Positions 49,748 through 60,229 are shown, counted from the stretch's first letter. The stretch is DNA of 64,000 bases from an uncultured Methanosarcinales archaeon (GCA_964581515.1 CAZOOV010000005.1:75025-139024); one strand, 5' to 3'. Numbers and translations: made by a program. Notes: generated by a model from the letters alone, not told the origin.

Positions 49748-52700
49748 ATGACAGTAGAATCAAAAAATCTCCAGAAATATTTTGAATCTGTAGAGTCACA
49801 AACAAATAAAGCACTTAAAATTGCAACTAGTGCTAGGCAGAAAGGATTTGATCCTGAAGATAAGGTAGATATACCTATTGCTAAGAATATGGCTGAGCGT
49901 GTTTTAGGGTTAGTCTCAGCAGTGGCTCCAGCTTTATTAAATTCAAATATCGTTGAAAGAATTGAGGAACTTGAAAAAGAATTTTCTCCTTTAGATTGGA
50001 GAGTCGCTTTTAAGATTGCAGCAGAAGTGGCACTTGAGAAATTTTGCAAATTTGAGTCTAAAAAAGAAGCAGTTGAAATTGGAATCAGAACTGGATTTAT
50101 GTATCTTACAGGAGGTATAGTATCAGCGCCTTTAGAAGGGCTTGTAGAGATAAGAATCAAAAAAAGAAATGATGGGAAAGAATATGTTGCATTAGTTTAT
50201 GCTGGTCCAATAAGGGGGGCAGGAGGTACTGCTGCTGCAACCTCAGTTGTTTTGGGAGATTATGTTGCAACACAACTTGGTTTTGCAAAATATGATCCTA
50301 CAGAAGATGAAATAAATAGGACTGCTACTGAATTATATGATTATAATGAAAGAATTACAAATCTTCAATATCTTCCTTCAAAAGAAGAAATAAAATTTAT
50401 GATTAAAAATATGCCTATCGAAATTGATGGAGACCCTACTGAAAGAATTGAAGTTTCAAATTTTAAAGATCAACCCCGAATCGAGACTAATTTGATTAGA
50501 GGAGGGATTTGTCTTGTTATTGGAGAAGGTCTTTGTCAAAAAGCACCTAAAATATGGAAAAGACTTAGTGAATGGGGTAATGAATTTGGAATTGATTGGA
50601 ATTTTTTAGATGAATTTTTGAAATTACAAAAGAAAATAAAGGCAAAAGGAAAGAAAAAAGAAGGAACACAAGGGATCTCACCTATTTTTACATTTATTAG
50701 TGATATGGTAGCTGGAAGGCCTGTTTTAAGTTATCCTATGGCTTACGGAGGATTCAGGCTTCGTATGGGGAGGACAAGAACATCTGGGTTTTCTGCAATA
50801 GCATTAAACACTTTTACTTTAAAGGCCTTAAATAATTTTATAGTTTATGGAACTCAGTTAAAGCTTGAAAGACCAGGAAAAGCAGGTTCTGTTACAGTAT
50901 GTGAGGCAATAGAAGGACCAACAGTATTATTAAATGATGGTAAGGTTATTAAGATTACAAAAGAAAATCAAGATCTTTTAAAATTTACAAAAAAAATATT
51001 ATTTTTAGGTGATATTTTAATTAATTATGGGGATTTTTCAGAGAATGGCCACCCATTAGTTCCAGTAGGATATTGTGAAGAATGGTGGCTTTTAGAATTA
51101 GAAAAAAAGACAAAAGAAATGATTGGATCATTAGATATAGGTAAATTATCAACTATTGTTAATATAGAAGAAGAAAAACTAAATTGTCTTTTTTCAGATG
51201 TTTTTAATACTAAACTTAGTTTTGAAGATGCTTATAAGATATCTAAAAAATTAGATATCCCATTGTATCCTGAATATATTTATTATTATACTGCTTTATC
51301 TAAAGAAGATTTGGGCTATTTATTAGACAGAATAGAACAAATAAAGATAAATTATATTGATGAAACAAAGTCTAAAGTTAAGTCTCTTGTTTTTGCAAAA
51401 GATGAAAAATTAAAGTTATTATTAGAAAATATAGGTACACCTCATGATATAATCTCTAATGAATTTATTGTTTTAAATGATATTGTTGCTGAAGTTTTCA
51501 TGAGAACATTCGCTATTACAGATACTACAAATCAAGTTTTAGGTAAAGATATTGTTCAACAACATCCTGATAAAAATGTATTAGATATAATAAACATGTT
51601 ATCTGATGTTAAAATTAATGATAAGGCAGGTACATTTGTGGGTGCTAGGATGGGAAGACCTGAAAAGGCAAAAATGAGGAAATTACAAGGATCCCCTCAG
51701 GTTTTATTTCCTGTAGGGGAAGAAGGCGGCAGACTTAAGAGTTTTCAGGCATCTATAGAGAAAGGAGAAGTTACAAGTACTCTTCCAATATATTATTGTG
51801 AAAAATGTAAGAAAAAATCAGTCTATAAAATCTGTCATAAATGTTTTGAAAAAACAAAGAAAATTTTCTTTTGCCCAAATATAAATAAAGAATTAATAAC
51901 AGATAAGCCACCCTTAGATCAAGACGAGGGGGCAATTGGTTATAAAAATATGACGATAAATATTCATGAATATGTAGATTCTTGTTTAAAGATGCTTAAA
52001 ACAAAAGTTTATCCTGATTTAATAAAAGGAGTTAAATCAACATCAAACAAAGATCATATTCCTGAAAATTTGATTAAAGGTTTTTTGCGTGCGAAAAATG
52101 ACATTTATGTTAATAAAGATGGTACAACAAGATATGACATGTCAGAGTCCCCTATTACTGCATTTAAGCCAAAAGAAATTAATGCTACTATAGAACAATT
52201 GAATTCTCTTGGTTATACTAAAGATATAAATGGCGCTAAGCTTGAACATGATAATCAAGTTGTTGAAATATTTCCTCAAGATGTTGTACTTCCTTCTGGG
52301 GATAATGCTCTTGAAGAACAAGCGGATGATGTTATGTTCAGAATCGGTAATTTTGTAGATGAATTACTTGTTAGATTGTATGGACAGAAAAAATATTATA
52401 ATTTTAAATCAAAACAAGATTTAATAGGTTCACTTATAATTTGTCTTGCACCTCATATCTCCTGTGGTACCATTGGGAGAGTTATTGGTTTTTCTAAAAA
52501 TCAAGTTATGCTTGCTCATCCTATGATGCACGCTGCAGTGAGGCGGGATTGTGATGGGGATGAAGCTTGTTTTATTTTACTAATGGATGGTTTTTTGAAT
52601 TTTTCACGTCAATATTTACCTGATAGAAGAGGTTCTAGAACCATGGACGCTCCCCTTGTTTTATCAACAAAGATAATTCCTTCTGAAGTTGATGATCAAG

Positions 52701-53302
52701 TTCATGGACTTGATGTTGTTAAGAGGTATCCTTTGGAATTATATGAGGCGGGATTTGAGTTTAAGATGCCATGGGAGATTAAAGTTGAACAATTGAAAGA
52801 TAATCTTAATACAGAAAAACAATATGAAGGTTTTTTCTTTACCCATCCAGTCCATGATTTAAATAAAGGACCAAAAGTATCTGCCTATAAAGTCTTACCT
52901 TCAATGAAAGAGAAATTAGATGGTCAGATGGATTTAGCAACTAAAATAAAAGCTGTTGATGAGGCTAATGTGGCTACAATGGTAATTCAAAAACATTTTT
53001 TAAAAGACATAAAAGGAAATCTTCGGAAATTTTCTACACAACAATTTAGATGTGTACAATGCAATGAAAAATATCATAGGCCACCATTAATTGGTAAATG
53101 TCAAAAATGTGGAGGAAGGATGCTTTTTACAATTTCAGAGGGAAGTATAATAAAATATCTTGGACCTTCTTTAGATCTCGCAAACAAATATGCTGTTCCA
53201 GTTTATCTAAAACAAACACTAGAACTTACACAAGAAAGAGTTGATAGTGTATTTGGGAAAGAGAAAGAAATTCAAGAAGGGCTAAATAAGTTTTTTGCAT
53301 GA
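49748..53302 (+). CDS. polC: DNA polymerase D large subunit DP2
   Basis: GPIRGAGGTA, GFRLRMGR, RMGRPEKA, RRDCDGDE, C-terminal Zn finger and PIP box QEGLNKFF; no intein. Confidence 0.97.
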   Translation: MTVESKNLQKYFESVESQTNKALKIATSARQKGFDPEDKVDIPIAKNMAERVLGLVSAVAPALLNSNIVERIEELEKEFSPLDWRVAFKIAAEVALEKFCKFESKKEAVEIGIRTGFMYLTGGIVSAPLEGLVEIRIKKRNDGKEYVALVYAGPIRGAGGTAAATSVVLGDYVATQLGFAKYDPTEDEINRTATELYDYNERITNLQYLPSKEEIKFMIKNMPIEIDGDPTERIEVSNFKDQPRIETNLIRGGICLVIGEGLCQKAPKIWKRLSEWGNEFGIDWNFLDEFLKLQKKIKAKGKKKEGTQGISPIFTFISDMVAGRPVLSYPMAYGGFRLRMGRTRTSGFSAIALNTFTLKALNNFIVYGTQLKLERPGKAGSVTVCEAIEGPTVLLNDGKVIKITKENQDLLKFTKKILFLGDILINYGDFSENGHPLVPVGYCEEWWLLELEKKTKEMIGSLDIGKLSTIVNIEEEKLNCLFSDVFNTKLSFEDAYKISKKLDIPLYPEYIYYYTALSKEDLGYLLDRIEQIKINYIDETKSKVKSLVFAKDEKLKLLLENIGTPHDIISNEFIVLNDIVAEVFMRTFAITDTTNQVLGKDIVQQHPDKNVLDIINMLSDVKINDKAGTFVGARMGRPEKAKMRKLQGSPQVLFPVGEEGGRLKSFQASIEKGEVTSTLPIYYCEKCKKKSVYKICHKCFEKTKKIFFCPNINKELITDKPPLDQDEGAIGYKNMTINIHEYVDSCLKMLKTKVYPDLIKGVKSTSNKDHIPENLIKGFLRAKNDIYVNKDGTTRYDMSESPITAFKPKEINATIEQLNSLGYTKDINGAKLEHDNQVVEIFPQDVVLPSGDNALEEQADDVMFRIGNFVDELLVRLYGQKKYYNFKSKQDLIGSLIICLAPHISCGTIGRVIGFSKNQVMLAHPMMHAAVRRDCDGDEACFILLMDGFLNFSRQYLPDRRGSRTMDAPLVLSTKIIPSEVDDQVHGLDVVKRYPLELYEAGFEFKMPWEIKVEQLKDNLNTEKQYEGFFFTHPVHDLNKGPKVSAYKVLPSMKEKLDGQMDLATKIKAVDEANVATMVIQKHFLKDIKGNLRKFSTQQFRCVQCNEKYHRPPLIGKCQKCGGRMLFTISEGSIIKYLGPSLDLANKYAVPVYLKQTLELTQERVDSVFGKEKEIQEGLNKFFA

Positions 53303-53330
53303 TTTGAATAAGTTCCTTGTATAATCTTTG

Positions 53331-53600
53331 TTATATTATTTTAAAATCATTATATGGTGGATAATCAGTTGTCTCTATGTTTGATTTAATCACTGTAGCA
53401 AGAGCTGGCCCTGTATTTATTTCTTCAAATAGTTTTTGAACATCATTTTCCTTACCTTGACAATAAATTTCAACTATATCGCCGTTAGGGTGGTTTTCTA
53501 CTGTTCCTTTTAATTCTAAATTGAGGGCTTTTCTGAGGACAAAATACCTAAAACCTACTCCTTGAACCCTACCTTGAATAATAATATGATATGTCTTCAT
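53331..53600 (-). CDS. acyP: Acylphosphatase
   Basis: GRVQGVGFR, GTVEN. Confidence 0.93.
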   Translation of the reverse strand: MKTYHIIIQGRVQGVGFRYFVLRKALNLELKGTVENHPNGDIVEIYCQGKENDVQKLFEEINTGPALATVIKSNIETTDYPPYNDFKII

Positions 53601-53814
53601 ATTTAGCTTTATCTACTCCTTATATAAAGAATTTACCTTCAATAAACAATATGCTTTATAAAGGGTAATAGGAGAATGGGTGGTGTTACTACTTTAAAAT
53701 ACTAAAAAACCGAAATGTTTAAATACTGCATCCCCATTTACACTATTTATTCAATTGGGGGTTTAGTTGGAAAATTAGATTCGATTATCAATATACTTTA
53801 GTGGTGGTGTTTAT

Positions 53815-54624
53815 ATGATCGTTCAAAAAGAATTTTTAAACAAATTGGGTGTGCTTGGTCTAAATTCATACGAAGCAAAACTTTGGGCTGCATTATTGTC
53901 CAGAGGAGTATCTACAGCGGGAGAGCTTAGTGATATTGCAAATGTTCCTAGATCAAGAAGTTATGATGTTCTTGAAAGTCTTGAGAAGAAAGGATTTGTA
54001 ATTATGAAGTTGGGTAAGCCAATTAAATATATCGCAGTTAATCCATCAGATGTTCTTGAGCGTGTTAAACATAATATTTTAGAAGAAGCTGAAACAAGTA
54101 CAAAAACACTTGATAAGCTTCGTGACAGTGAGATGTTAAAGGAGTTAAATCAACTTCATTCTAAAGGTATAGATACTGTAGATCCAGCTGAATTATCAGG
54201 AAGTTTCAAGGGAAGGAGCAATCTATATACTCATCTTGAATCTATGATGAAGATTGCGGAAAAATCTATTATGATTTCAACTACAGAAGAAGGGTTGAAG
54301 AGAAAGGCTGAATCTTTTAGAAGAGCTTTCTATCGTGCTAAAGAAAATGGAGTTGAAATTAAGATTATGGCTCCAATTACAAAAAATAATAAACATGTTG
54401 CACAAAAATTATCAGAATATGGAAAAGTAAAACATACAGATGTTCCTTTGGGCAGATTTGTGGTAATTGATGAATCACAGATTACTTTTATGCTTGTAGA
54501 TGATGCAGATGTTCATCCAAATTACGATTCAGGTGTTTGGGTAAATAGTCCATTTTTTGCACAAACTGTTGCTAATATGTATGAAACAGCTTGGAAAAAG
54601 CAAAAATCAGTTGATAAATTATAA
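53815..54624 (+). CDS. TrmB-family regulator / TrmBL2-like chromatin protein (paralogue 2)
   Basis: Same wHTH core as 43289-44110. Confidence 0.9.
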   Translation: MIVQKEFLNKLGVLGLNSYEAKLWAALLSRGVSTAGELSDIANVPRSRSYDVLESLEKKGFVIMKLGKPIKYIAVNPSDVLERVKHNILEEAETSTKTLDKLRDSEMLKELNQLHSKGIDTVDPAELSGSFKGRSNLYTHLESMMKIAEKSIMISTTEEGLKRKAESFRRAFYRAKENGVEIKIMAPITKNNKHVAQKLSEYGKVKHTDVPLGRFVVIDESQITFMLVDDADVHPNYDSGVWVNSPFFAQTVANMYETAWKKQKSVDKL

Positions 54625-54667
54625 TTATTTTTTTTAATATCATAAAAAATCATAATCACCTCTTTTT

Positions 54668-54710
54668 CCTGGGAAAAATCTCTTCGTGAGATTTTTTCCA
54701 GGTTTCTTTT
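54668..54710 (+). terminator. Hairpin plus T-tract downstream of trmB paralogue 2
   Basis: CCTGGGAAAAATCTC-TTCGT-GAGATTTTTTCCAGG (15 bp, one G-U pair) followed by TTTCTTTT. Confidence 0.6.
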
Positions 54711-54832
54711 AAAATTTAGATTATTATTGATTTTATTCTTAATATAATCATTTTTCAACATTAATCTTTTTTTAATATTTTAATAATGATTTTTAGAAAA
54801 AACATATAAATGCATTATTTAAGGGATTATAC

Positions 54833-55717
54833 ATGGTATTTGAATCATTTATTAATCCTAAATTTGCAGAACAAAAACCATGGATCACTTTTTTTTTAGG
54901 GTTTATATTCGCTTCAATAGCTATATTTTTAGGTAATTATATTTTTCCAGCAGAAAATGCATCACTTACTATTGTTTTCTTAACGACATTATTTTTTATT
55001 CCGTTATTTTATTTGACAATGATTTATGAAGAGAAGAAAGATTTAGATAATAATGTCGGAGAGAAAAAACTATTAAAAGAACATTCTCGTGCAATAATTT
55101 TCTTTTTGATGATATTTTTAGGTATGACTCTTGCTTTCATGTTTTGGTATATCATGTTTACACTTTTCCCGTTATTTTTTAGTATTAATCCCGAAATTAT
55201 ATTTAAAATACAAGGTGATACTATAAGTCAAATTAATGGTAATGTTATAGAATCAGTATCCGGTGCAATGAAAGATGCATTTTTTGTACTAGAAAATAAT
55301 ATACAAGTTATGATCTTTTGTGTATTATTCTCTTTTATCTTCGGAGCAGGAGCAATTTTTATTATCACTTGGAATGCTTCTGTTATTGGACTTGCTCTTG
55401 GTAGAGAATTTATGAAATTTGTTCATGCAGCAAGTGGTGGATTAATTGGTGTTGTATATGCAAAAGCCACTGGATGCGCTTTACTTCGTTATTTTATACA
55501 TGGCATACCTGAAATTATGGCTTATTTTGTGGGCGGACTTGCAGGAGGAATAATTTCAGCTGCTATAATTAAACATGATTTTGGTTCAGAAAAATTTGAA
55601 AAAGTTATACTTGATGCTGCTTTACTTCTTTTGATAGCTGTTGGTATACTTGTTGTAGCTGCATTTTTAGAGGCTTTTATTACTCCTCTTCTTATGTGTA
55701 GAATTATCCCTACTTGA
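54833..55717 (+). CDS. SpoIIM/DUF95-family membrane protein
   Basis: ENN, WNASVIG, HGIPEI, AAFLEAFITP. Confidence 0.85.
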   Translation: MVFESFINPKFAEQKPWITFFLGFIFASIAIFLGNYIFPAENASLTIVFLTTLFFIPLFYLTMIYEEKKDLDNNVGEKKLLKEHSRAIIFFLMIFLGMTLAFMFWYIMFTLFPLFFSINPEIIFKIQGDTISQINGNVIESVSGAMKDAFFVLENNIQVMIFCVLFSFIFGAGAIFIITWNASVIGLALGREFMKFVHAASGGLIGVVYAKATGCALLRYFIHGIPEIMAYFVGGLAGGIISAAIIKHDFGSEKFEKVILDAALLLLIAVGILVVAAFLEAFITPLLMCRIIPT

Positions 55718-55733
55718 AGTATTGTTAGTTATT

Positions 55734-56393
55734 TTATTCAAGAATTTTAACTTTTCCAGGAACTATTTCAAATATTTCTCCTTTTAATAGAAGCTGTTGT
55801 ACTATATTTTCTGCTTCGGGATAATTTGATGCGAGTTCTTGAACATCACATCCTTCTCCTTTATCTAATTCTTTTATTTTCATAAGAATAGTATCAATTT
55901 CATCTAGTTCTTCTACTGGTTTAGGAACTTCTTTTGGAACTTCCTCTACTGGTGTTTCAATTTTAATCTCTTCTTTTAAGTCTGGCATTTGGATATTTTT
56001 TAGTAAAATTTCTTTTTTACGATATTCAAGCCAGCCTTTATTGGTTATTTTTTTTACAATTTCTGCATTGAGATATATATCTTCATTATATGATCTAGGT
56101 CTTCCTATGACAAGAACAATATCTCCTATGGTCAAATCTTGGAATAGATTGCCTTCTTCAAATGATCTGATTTCAATTTTTCCACTTCCATCATCGATGA
56201 ATAATGATTGACCAGATTCAGGGATTGTAACTACTACTCCAATTATATTAACACGAGAGATTTTTTCATCTTTGCTCGTTAATACATAATTTGGATCCCA
56301 TCCTTCTTGTTTGATATATTTACCATTATTTAATTCTTTTAAAGAAGCAATTCTTGCCGTTTGTCTTTCAATACTTCGTTGTTCTTCAGCCAT
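55734..56393 (-). CDS. RPA32-like OB-fold plus winged-helix ssDNA-binding protein
   Basis: SRVNIIGVVV, IDDGSGKIEIR, VLVIGRP, C-terminal GEIFE..PG; downstream of mcm. Confidence 0.8.
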   Translation of the reverse strand: MAEEQRSIERQTARIASLKELNNGKYIKQEGWDPNYVLTSKDEKISRVNIIGVVVTIPESGQSLFIDDGSGKIEIRSFEEGNLFQDLTIGDIVLVIGRPRSYNEDIYLNAEIVKKITNKGWLEYRKKEILLKNIQMPDLKEEIKIETPVEEVPKEVPKPVEELDEIDTILMKIKELDKGEGCDVQELASNYPEAENIVQQLLLKGEIFEIVPGKVKILE

Positions 56394-56418
56394 TTTTCTT
56401 GTTAATCTCTATATTATT

Positions 56419-58425
56419 TTAAATCTTTTGAATAAATCCTCTTTTTGGTTCAAATATATCACCTGAACGCTTTAATTTGTCTATTACTTCATTAATTTCA
56501 TCATCCGCAAGTCCTTTTTCTTTTCCAATTTCTTCTACATCCTCTAAAGGGATTGTTTTTCCAATTTTATTTTCAAGATTATTAATTATTTCTTTGATTA
56601 CTATTATTTTATTTCTTTCTGAAGAAGGAGTGTCAGTAGCAATTCTATCAACATCAAAAGTACCCGTTTCTTCATCAAATGCAATTAACTTAAGACAATG
56701 ATGAACAAGATCTATTGCTTTTTTTGCATCAGTTCTTGTTATTTTATCAGCAAGTCTAAGTTTTGAATTAGCCTCTGCTAAACGGACTAATCCTTCTAAT
56801 TGTCTGGCAGTTATTGGTACTGATTTTGTATTACCAGAGTTTCTCATTTGAAGATAATATTTTTTTAATTCTTCTATTGCTGAATCTGTTAATTCAGGTC
56901 TAACATTTTGTCTTACATAAGCTACGTATTTTCTTAAAAATTCAGTTTCAATAGGAGGTTCAATCGAATCTTTATTTTGATGTATTCTTAGTATAAACGA
57001 AGCAAGTTGTGTGTCTTTTGCTTCATCAGGAAGGTCCCTTACAGGGAAAATAAGGTCAAATCTGTTGATAAGGGTGACTGGGAGTTGTATTTGCTCAGCT
57101 ATTGTGGAATAAGGGTCAAATCTTCCAAATTTAGGGTTTGCAGCGGCTAATACAGTTGCTTCTGCTCTTAATGTGGCTTGGATATTTGCTTTTGAGATAG
57201 TTATTGTTTGCTGTTCTAAAGCTTCATGCATGGCGCTAGTATCATCTTGTGTCATCTTATCAAGCTCATCAATACAACATACCCCTTTGTTTGCAAGGAC
57301 AAGAGCTCCTGCTTCTAAGGCCCAATCTGAAAGAAATTCATCTTTTACAACGGCTGCTGTAAGACCTGCTCCACTTGCTCCTTTTCCTGATACATATCTT
57401 CCTTTAGGCGCTACTTTATGGATTCTTCTGATAAGTTGAGATTTACCTGAACCTGGATCTCCAACAAGAAGGACATGTATATCCCCTCTTGTAACGACTC
57501 CATCATTTCTTTCTTTTCTTACCCCTCCCATTAATTGAAGTACAAGAGCTTCTTTAATGAGATTATGTCCGTAAATACTTGGTGCAACAGAATCTATTAA
57601 TTTTTGAAAAAGTTGAGGATCTTTTCCTAATTCTTTTATTTTTTCTTCATCTTCTTTTGATATTTTGATTTCATTATAATCCTCTTGGACCGCTTCAATA
57701 GAATTCGCTTCTATTAATAAATCAAAAACTGTGCTTTTTGAGCCTGTTCTCATTATAACTGGAATTTCTTTTACAATTCCTGTTATTTTGATTGCACTTC
57801 CAGGACTAGTAATTTTTTCATTTAGTGGAGAAACCAAATCATTTTTTAAAAATACATTCATCCTTTTAGGCTGATCTCCTCCATCTAAATCTTCTGAAGA
57901 TTCTTCTAATTTGAGATGTTGTGCATCAATTAGTTCTTTTGAGAGTAAAGTGAATTTTCCTTTTCTTCCACATCCGCATTTTGATGGTTCTTTGAATTGT
58001 TTATCTAGTTGAAGGACAGGAATAATATTTCCACAACTCGGGCATTCAAATCTTGCTGAAGTAACTTGTGGTCTGACATCAGATTTTTGTCTTACAACCC
58101 CTTCAAAAAAGAGAAATTTTCCTAGGTGAACACTTCTAATATTTCTGAGAAGTATTTTCTGACTCTTAGGAAGATTTTTAATTCTAACAGTAAAATTATT
58201 TGGTCTGTTTGGAAGATCAAATTGTTCAACAGCAATCTCAAAAGCCTTTAGAAGTTCTTCTGGTTGATCTAAAAAAAGGTCAGCAATTTCAGGGTTGAAT
58301 TGTGCTAATAAAGTAAAATCAACATTTAATGATTTTTTTCCAATTCTAATCTGTTCGAGAAGAGGACTATAATAATGTTTTTCTAAAAATTCTTGTAGAG
58401 TTTTAATTTGTGTCTGGACATCCAT
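56419..58425 (-). CDS. mcm: MCM replicative helicase
   Basis: CPSCG zinc finger, GDPGSGKS, IDELDKM, NRFDL arginine finger, ITARQLE, C-terminal winged helix. Confidence 0.97.
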   Translation of the reverse strand: MDVQTQIKTLQEFLEKHYYSPLLEQIRIGKKSLNVDFTLLAQFNPEIADLFLDQPEELLKAFEIAVEQFDLPNRPNNFTVRIKNLPKSQKILLRNIRSVHLGKFLFFEGVVRQKSDVRPQVTSARFECPSCGNIIPVLQLDKQFKEPSKCGCGRKGKFTLLSKELIDAQHLKLEESSEDLDGGDQPKRMNVFLKNDLVSPLNEKITSPGSAIKITGIVKEIPVIMRTGSKSTVFDLLIEANSIEAVQEDYNEIKISKEDEEKIKELGKDPQLFQKLIDSVAPSIYGHNLIKEALVLQLMGGVRKERNDGVVTRGDIHVLLVGDPGSGKSQLIRRIHKVAPKGRYVSGKGASGAGLTAAVVKDEFLSDWALEAGALVLANKGVCCIDELDKMTQDDTSAMHEALEQQTITISKANIQATLRAEATVLAAANPKFGRFDPYSTIAEQIQLPVTLINRFDLIFPVRDLPDEAKDTQLASFILRIHQNKDSIEPPIETEFLRKYVAYVRQNVRPELTDSAIEELKKYYLQMRNSGNTKSVPITARQLEGLVRLAEANSKLRLADKITRTDAKKAIDLVHHCLKLIAFDEETGTFDVDRIATDTPSSERNKIIVIKEIINNLENKIGKTIPLEDVEEIGKEKGLADDEINEVIDKLKRSGDIFEPKRGFIQKI

Positions 58426-58520
58426 TTTTGGAACTTGTGTTATAATTCATCTTATAGCTATCGCTAGCTTAAAAAAGCTATATTAAGATATGTCCAGTGG
58501 TAATGCTATAGTACTATTAC

Positions 58521-59081
58521 TTATTTCTTCTTTCCACTGGCTTTCTTTAGATTTTCAATCAGTTTTTCTACAGCAATATCAATTGCATCACTGGATTTTG
58601 TTCCTGTGCAAACAATTTTTCCATTGCTGAAAAGCAAAAATGTCGCTTGGCAGTCTCTAAGCTTGTAAACAAGTCCAGGAAACTGTTCAGGTTCATATTC
58701 TGTGTTCTCTAATTTCATAGCAAGCTCATTTAGATTAAGAGCAATGCCTATTTCACCTGATGCAACAATGTTTTGGATTGTGATTTCTGGAGTAATTTTG
58801 ATTTTGACATTGATTTTGTCAAGGCTTTTAATAATTTGTTTAATGGATTCATTAACCTCTTCCATTGTTCTTGCGCCTGTACAAACGATTTTACCTGATG
58901 AAAAGATTAGTGCGGATGTTTTTGGTTCTTTAATCCTAATTACTAATCCTGGAAACTGTTCAGGGTTATATTCTGTGTTTGATAGCGTCGCAGCCATCTT
59001 TTCTAAAGGAATAGCTTTTTCGAAAGATGTAGAAACAACAATGTTAACAATTCTAATATTCTTTGGTTCTGGCTTTGCCAT
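58521..59081 (-). CDS. tbp: TATA-binding protein
   Basis: Two repeats of NIV.S / EY.PEQFPGLV / LIFSSGKIVCTG. Confidence 0.97.
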   Translation of the reverse strand: MAKPEPKNIRIVNIVVSTSFEKAIPLEKMAATLSNTEYNPEQFPGLVIRIKEPKTSALIFSSGKIVCTGARTMEEVNESIKQIIKSLDKINVKIKITPEITIQNIVASGEIGIALNLNELAMKLENTEYEPEQFPGLVYKLRDCQATFLLFSNGKIVCTGTKSSDAIDIAVEKLIENLKKASGKKK

Positions 59082-59190
59082 TTTTATACCCCCATGTAAA
59101 TGGTAATTTATAAAGGGAAAAGCGTTTTAGTATTTAAATACTTCGTTTTGAAAATAACTATTTCAGAATATATATATTTAAATGAGTGTG

Positions 59191-59212
59191 CCCCCTTAAT
59201 TTCATTTGGAAA
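59191..59212 (-). promoter_or_regulatory. Solitary ORB-like site upstream of tbp
   Basis: Minus strand TTTCCAAATGAAATTAAGGGGG resembles the right ORB GTTCCAGTTGAAATGAAGGGG. Confidence 0.55.
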
Positions 59213-59326
59213 TGAATATATTTTGTGTTTTTCTTATTCTTTTTTTACTATTTTCGTATTTATTTTAAATATATAAATAAAATGCTCTTTTCTTGTTTGT
59301 TAAAATTATGATTATTTTAAGATTAT

Positions 59327-60229
59327 TTATGCTGATTCAGCTTTCTTTGCATCTCTTGCTGCATCAGCAGTATCTTCTAGGGCGTGTTGTTCATAAGATG
59401 CTATTAACTTCATCGCACCAATTGCATTTTGGAGAATTTCTCTTTTTTTATGAACTGTTTCAGAGACATTTTTGACAATATGTTCTTGGACTACTTCTTT
59501 TTTTGTTCTTGCATCAGCTAATTTTATTATATCATCATTTAAATTTTCTATTTTTCTAAATTGTCTTCTTGCAATCTGAATTTGATGTATTATTCTTTTT
59601 TCGTCAGTTACAAGATCCTTGAGTTCATCAACACTATCTCTGACTTCTCTAGCTTCTTTGTTTAATCTATGTCTTTCTTCTTTACTTTCAGCATGATCAA
59701 ATCTTGCTTCTCTATCTGCTGCAGCTTCTTTTGCTTCATCATGTTCTATCTTATGTTCTTCATGATTTGTATATCTTTTTATTCTTTGGCTGAGTTTTTT
59801 AGAATCTGCAAGAAGACCCCATATTTTTTTTATAATATGATTCTCTTCTGAGCATAAACTTATAACCTCTTGAGCTTCTGGGATACCCTCTCCGCTTTTT
59901 TCAAGACCTGCATGATGTTCTTGTTTTAAAAGTCGAAGAACAGCGGGCATAATCCTTTCTTCAGAATTCACTCTTGATTCTAATGCGTGAATTAGGCTCA
60001 TTATTGTTTCTGTTTCTTGAATCTCATGTTGTTCTGCAGCTATTTCTTTTGGTGCTGTATGGACAAAACTATCAAGTTCTTCCCTGGTTTTCATATCATC
60101 CTTTTCTACTCTAAGCTCTTCTTTCTCTTTTTTTCTTTCACTTGAATGATGAGTAATCTTATAACTATAAAGTCCTGCTCCAACTAATAAAGCGATTCCA
60201 TAAATTGCACTCACCATGCCTAATGCCAT
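59327..60229 (-). CDS. Membrane-anchored His/Glu-rich coiled-coil protein
   Basis: N-terminal TM helix followed by a long charged helical region. Confidence 0.65.
   Translation of the reverse strand: MALGMVSAIYGIALLVGAGLYSYKITHHSSERKKEKEELRVEKDDMKTREELDSFVHTAPKEIAAEQHEIQETETIMSLIHALESRVNSEERIMPAVLRLLKQEHHAGLEKSGEGIPEAQEVISLCSEENHIIKKIWGLLADSKKLSQRIKRYTNHEEHKIEHDEAKEAAADREARFDHAESKEERHRLNKEAREVRDSVDELKDLVTDEKRIIHQIQIARRQFRKIENLNDDIIKLADARTKKEVVQEHIVKNVSETVHKKREILQNAIGAMKLIASYEQHALEDTADAARDAKKAESA

Noticed and set aside
49748..58425. Inteins in DP2 or MCM
   Set aside because: Protein lengths are normal and no splice-junction motifs interrupt the conserved blocks.
626..59851. Many short antisense or alternative-frame ORFs in the track (e.g. 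851-1165, 13012-13377, 15038-15553, 30791-31297, 38630-39139, 49714-50160)
   Set aside because: They overlap well-supported genes and have S/I/F/L-rich composition typical of shadow frames.
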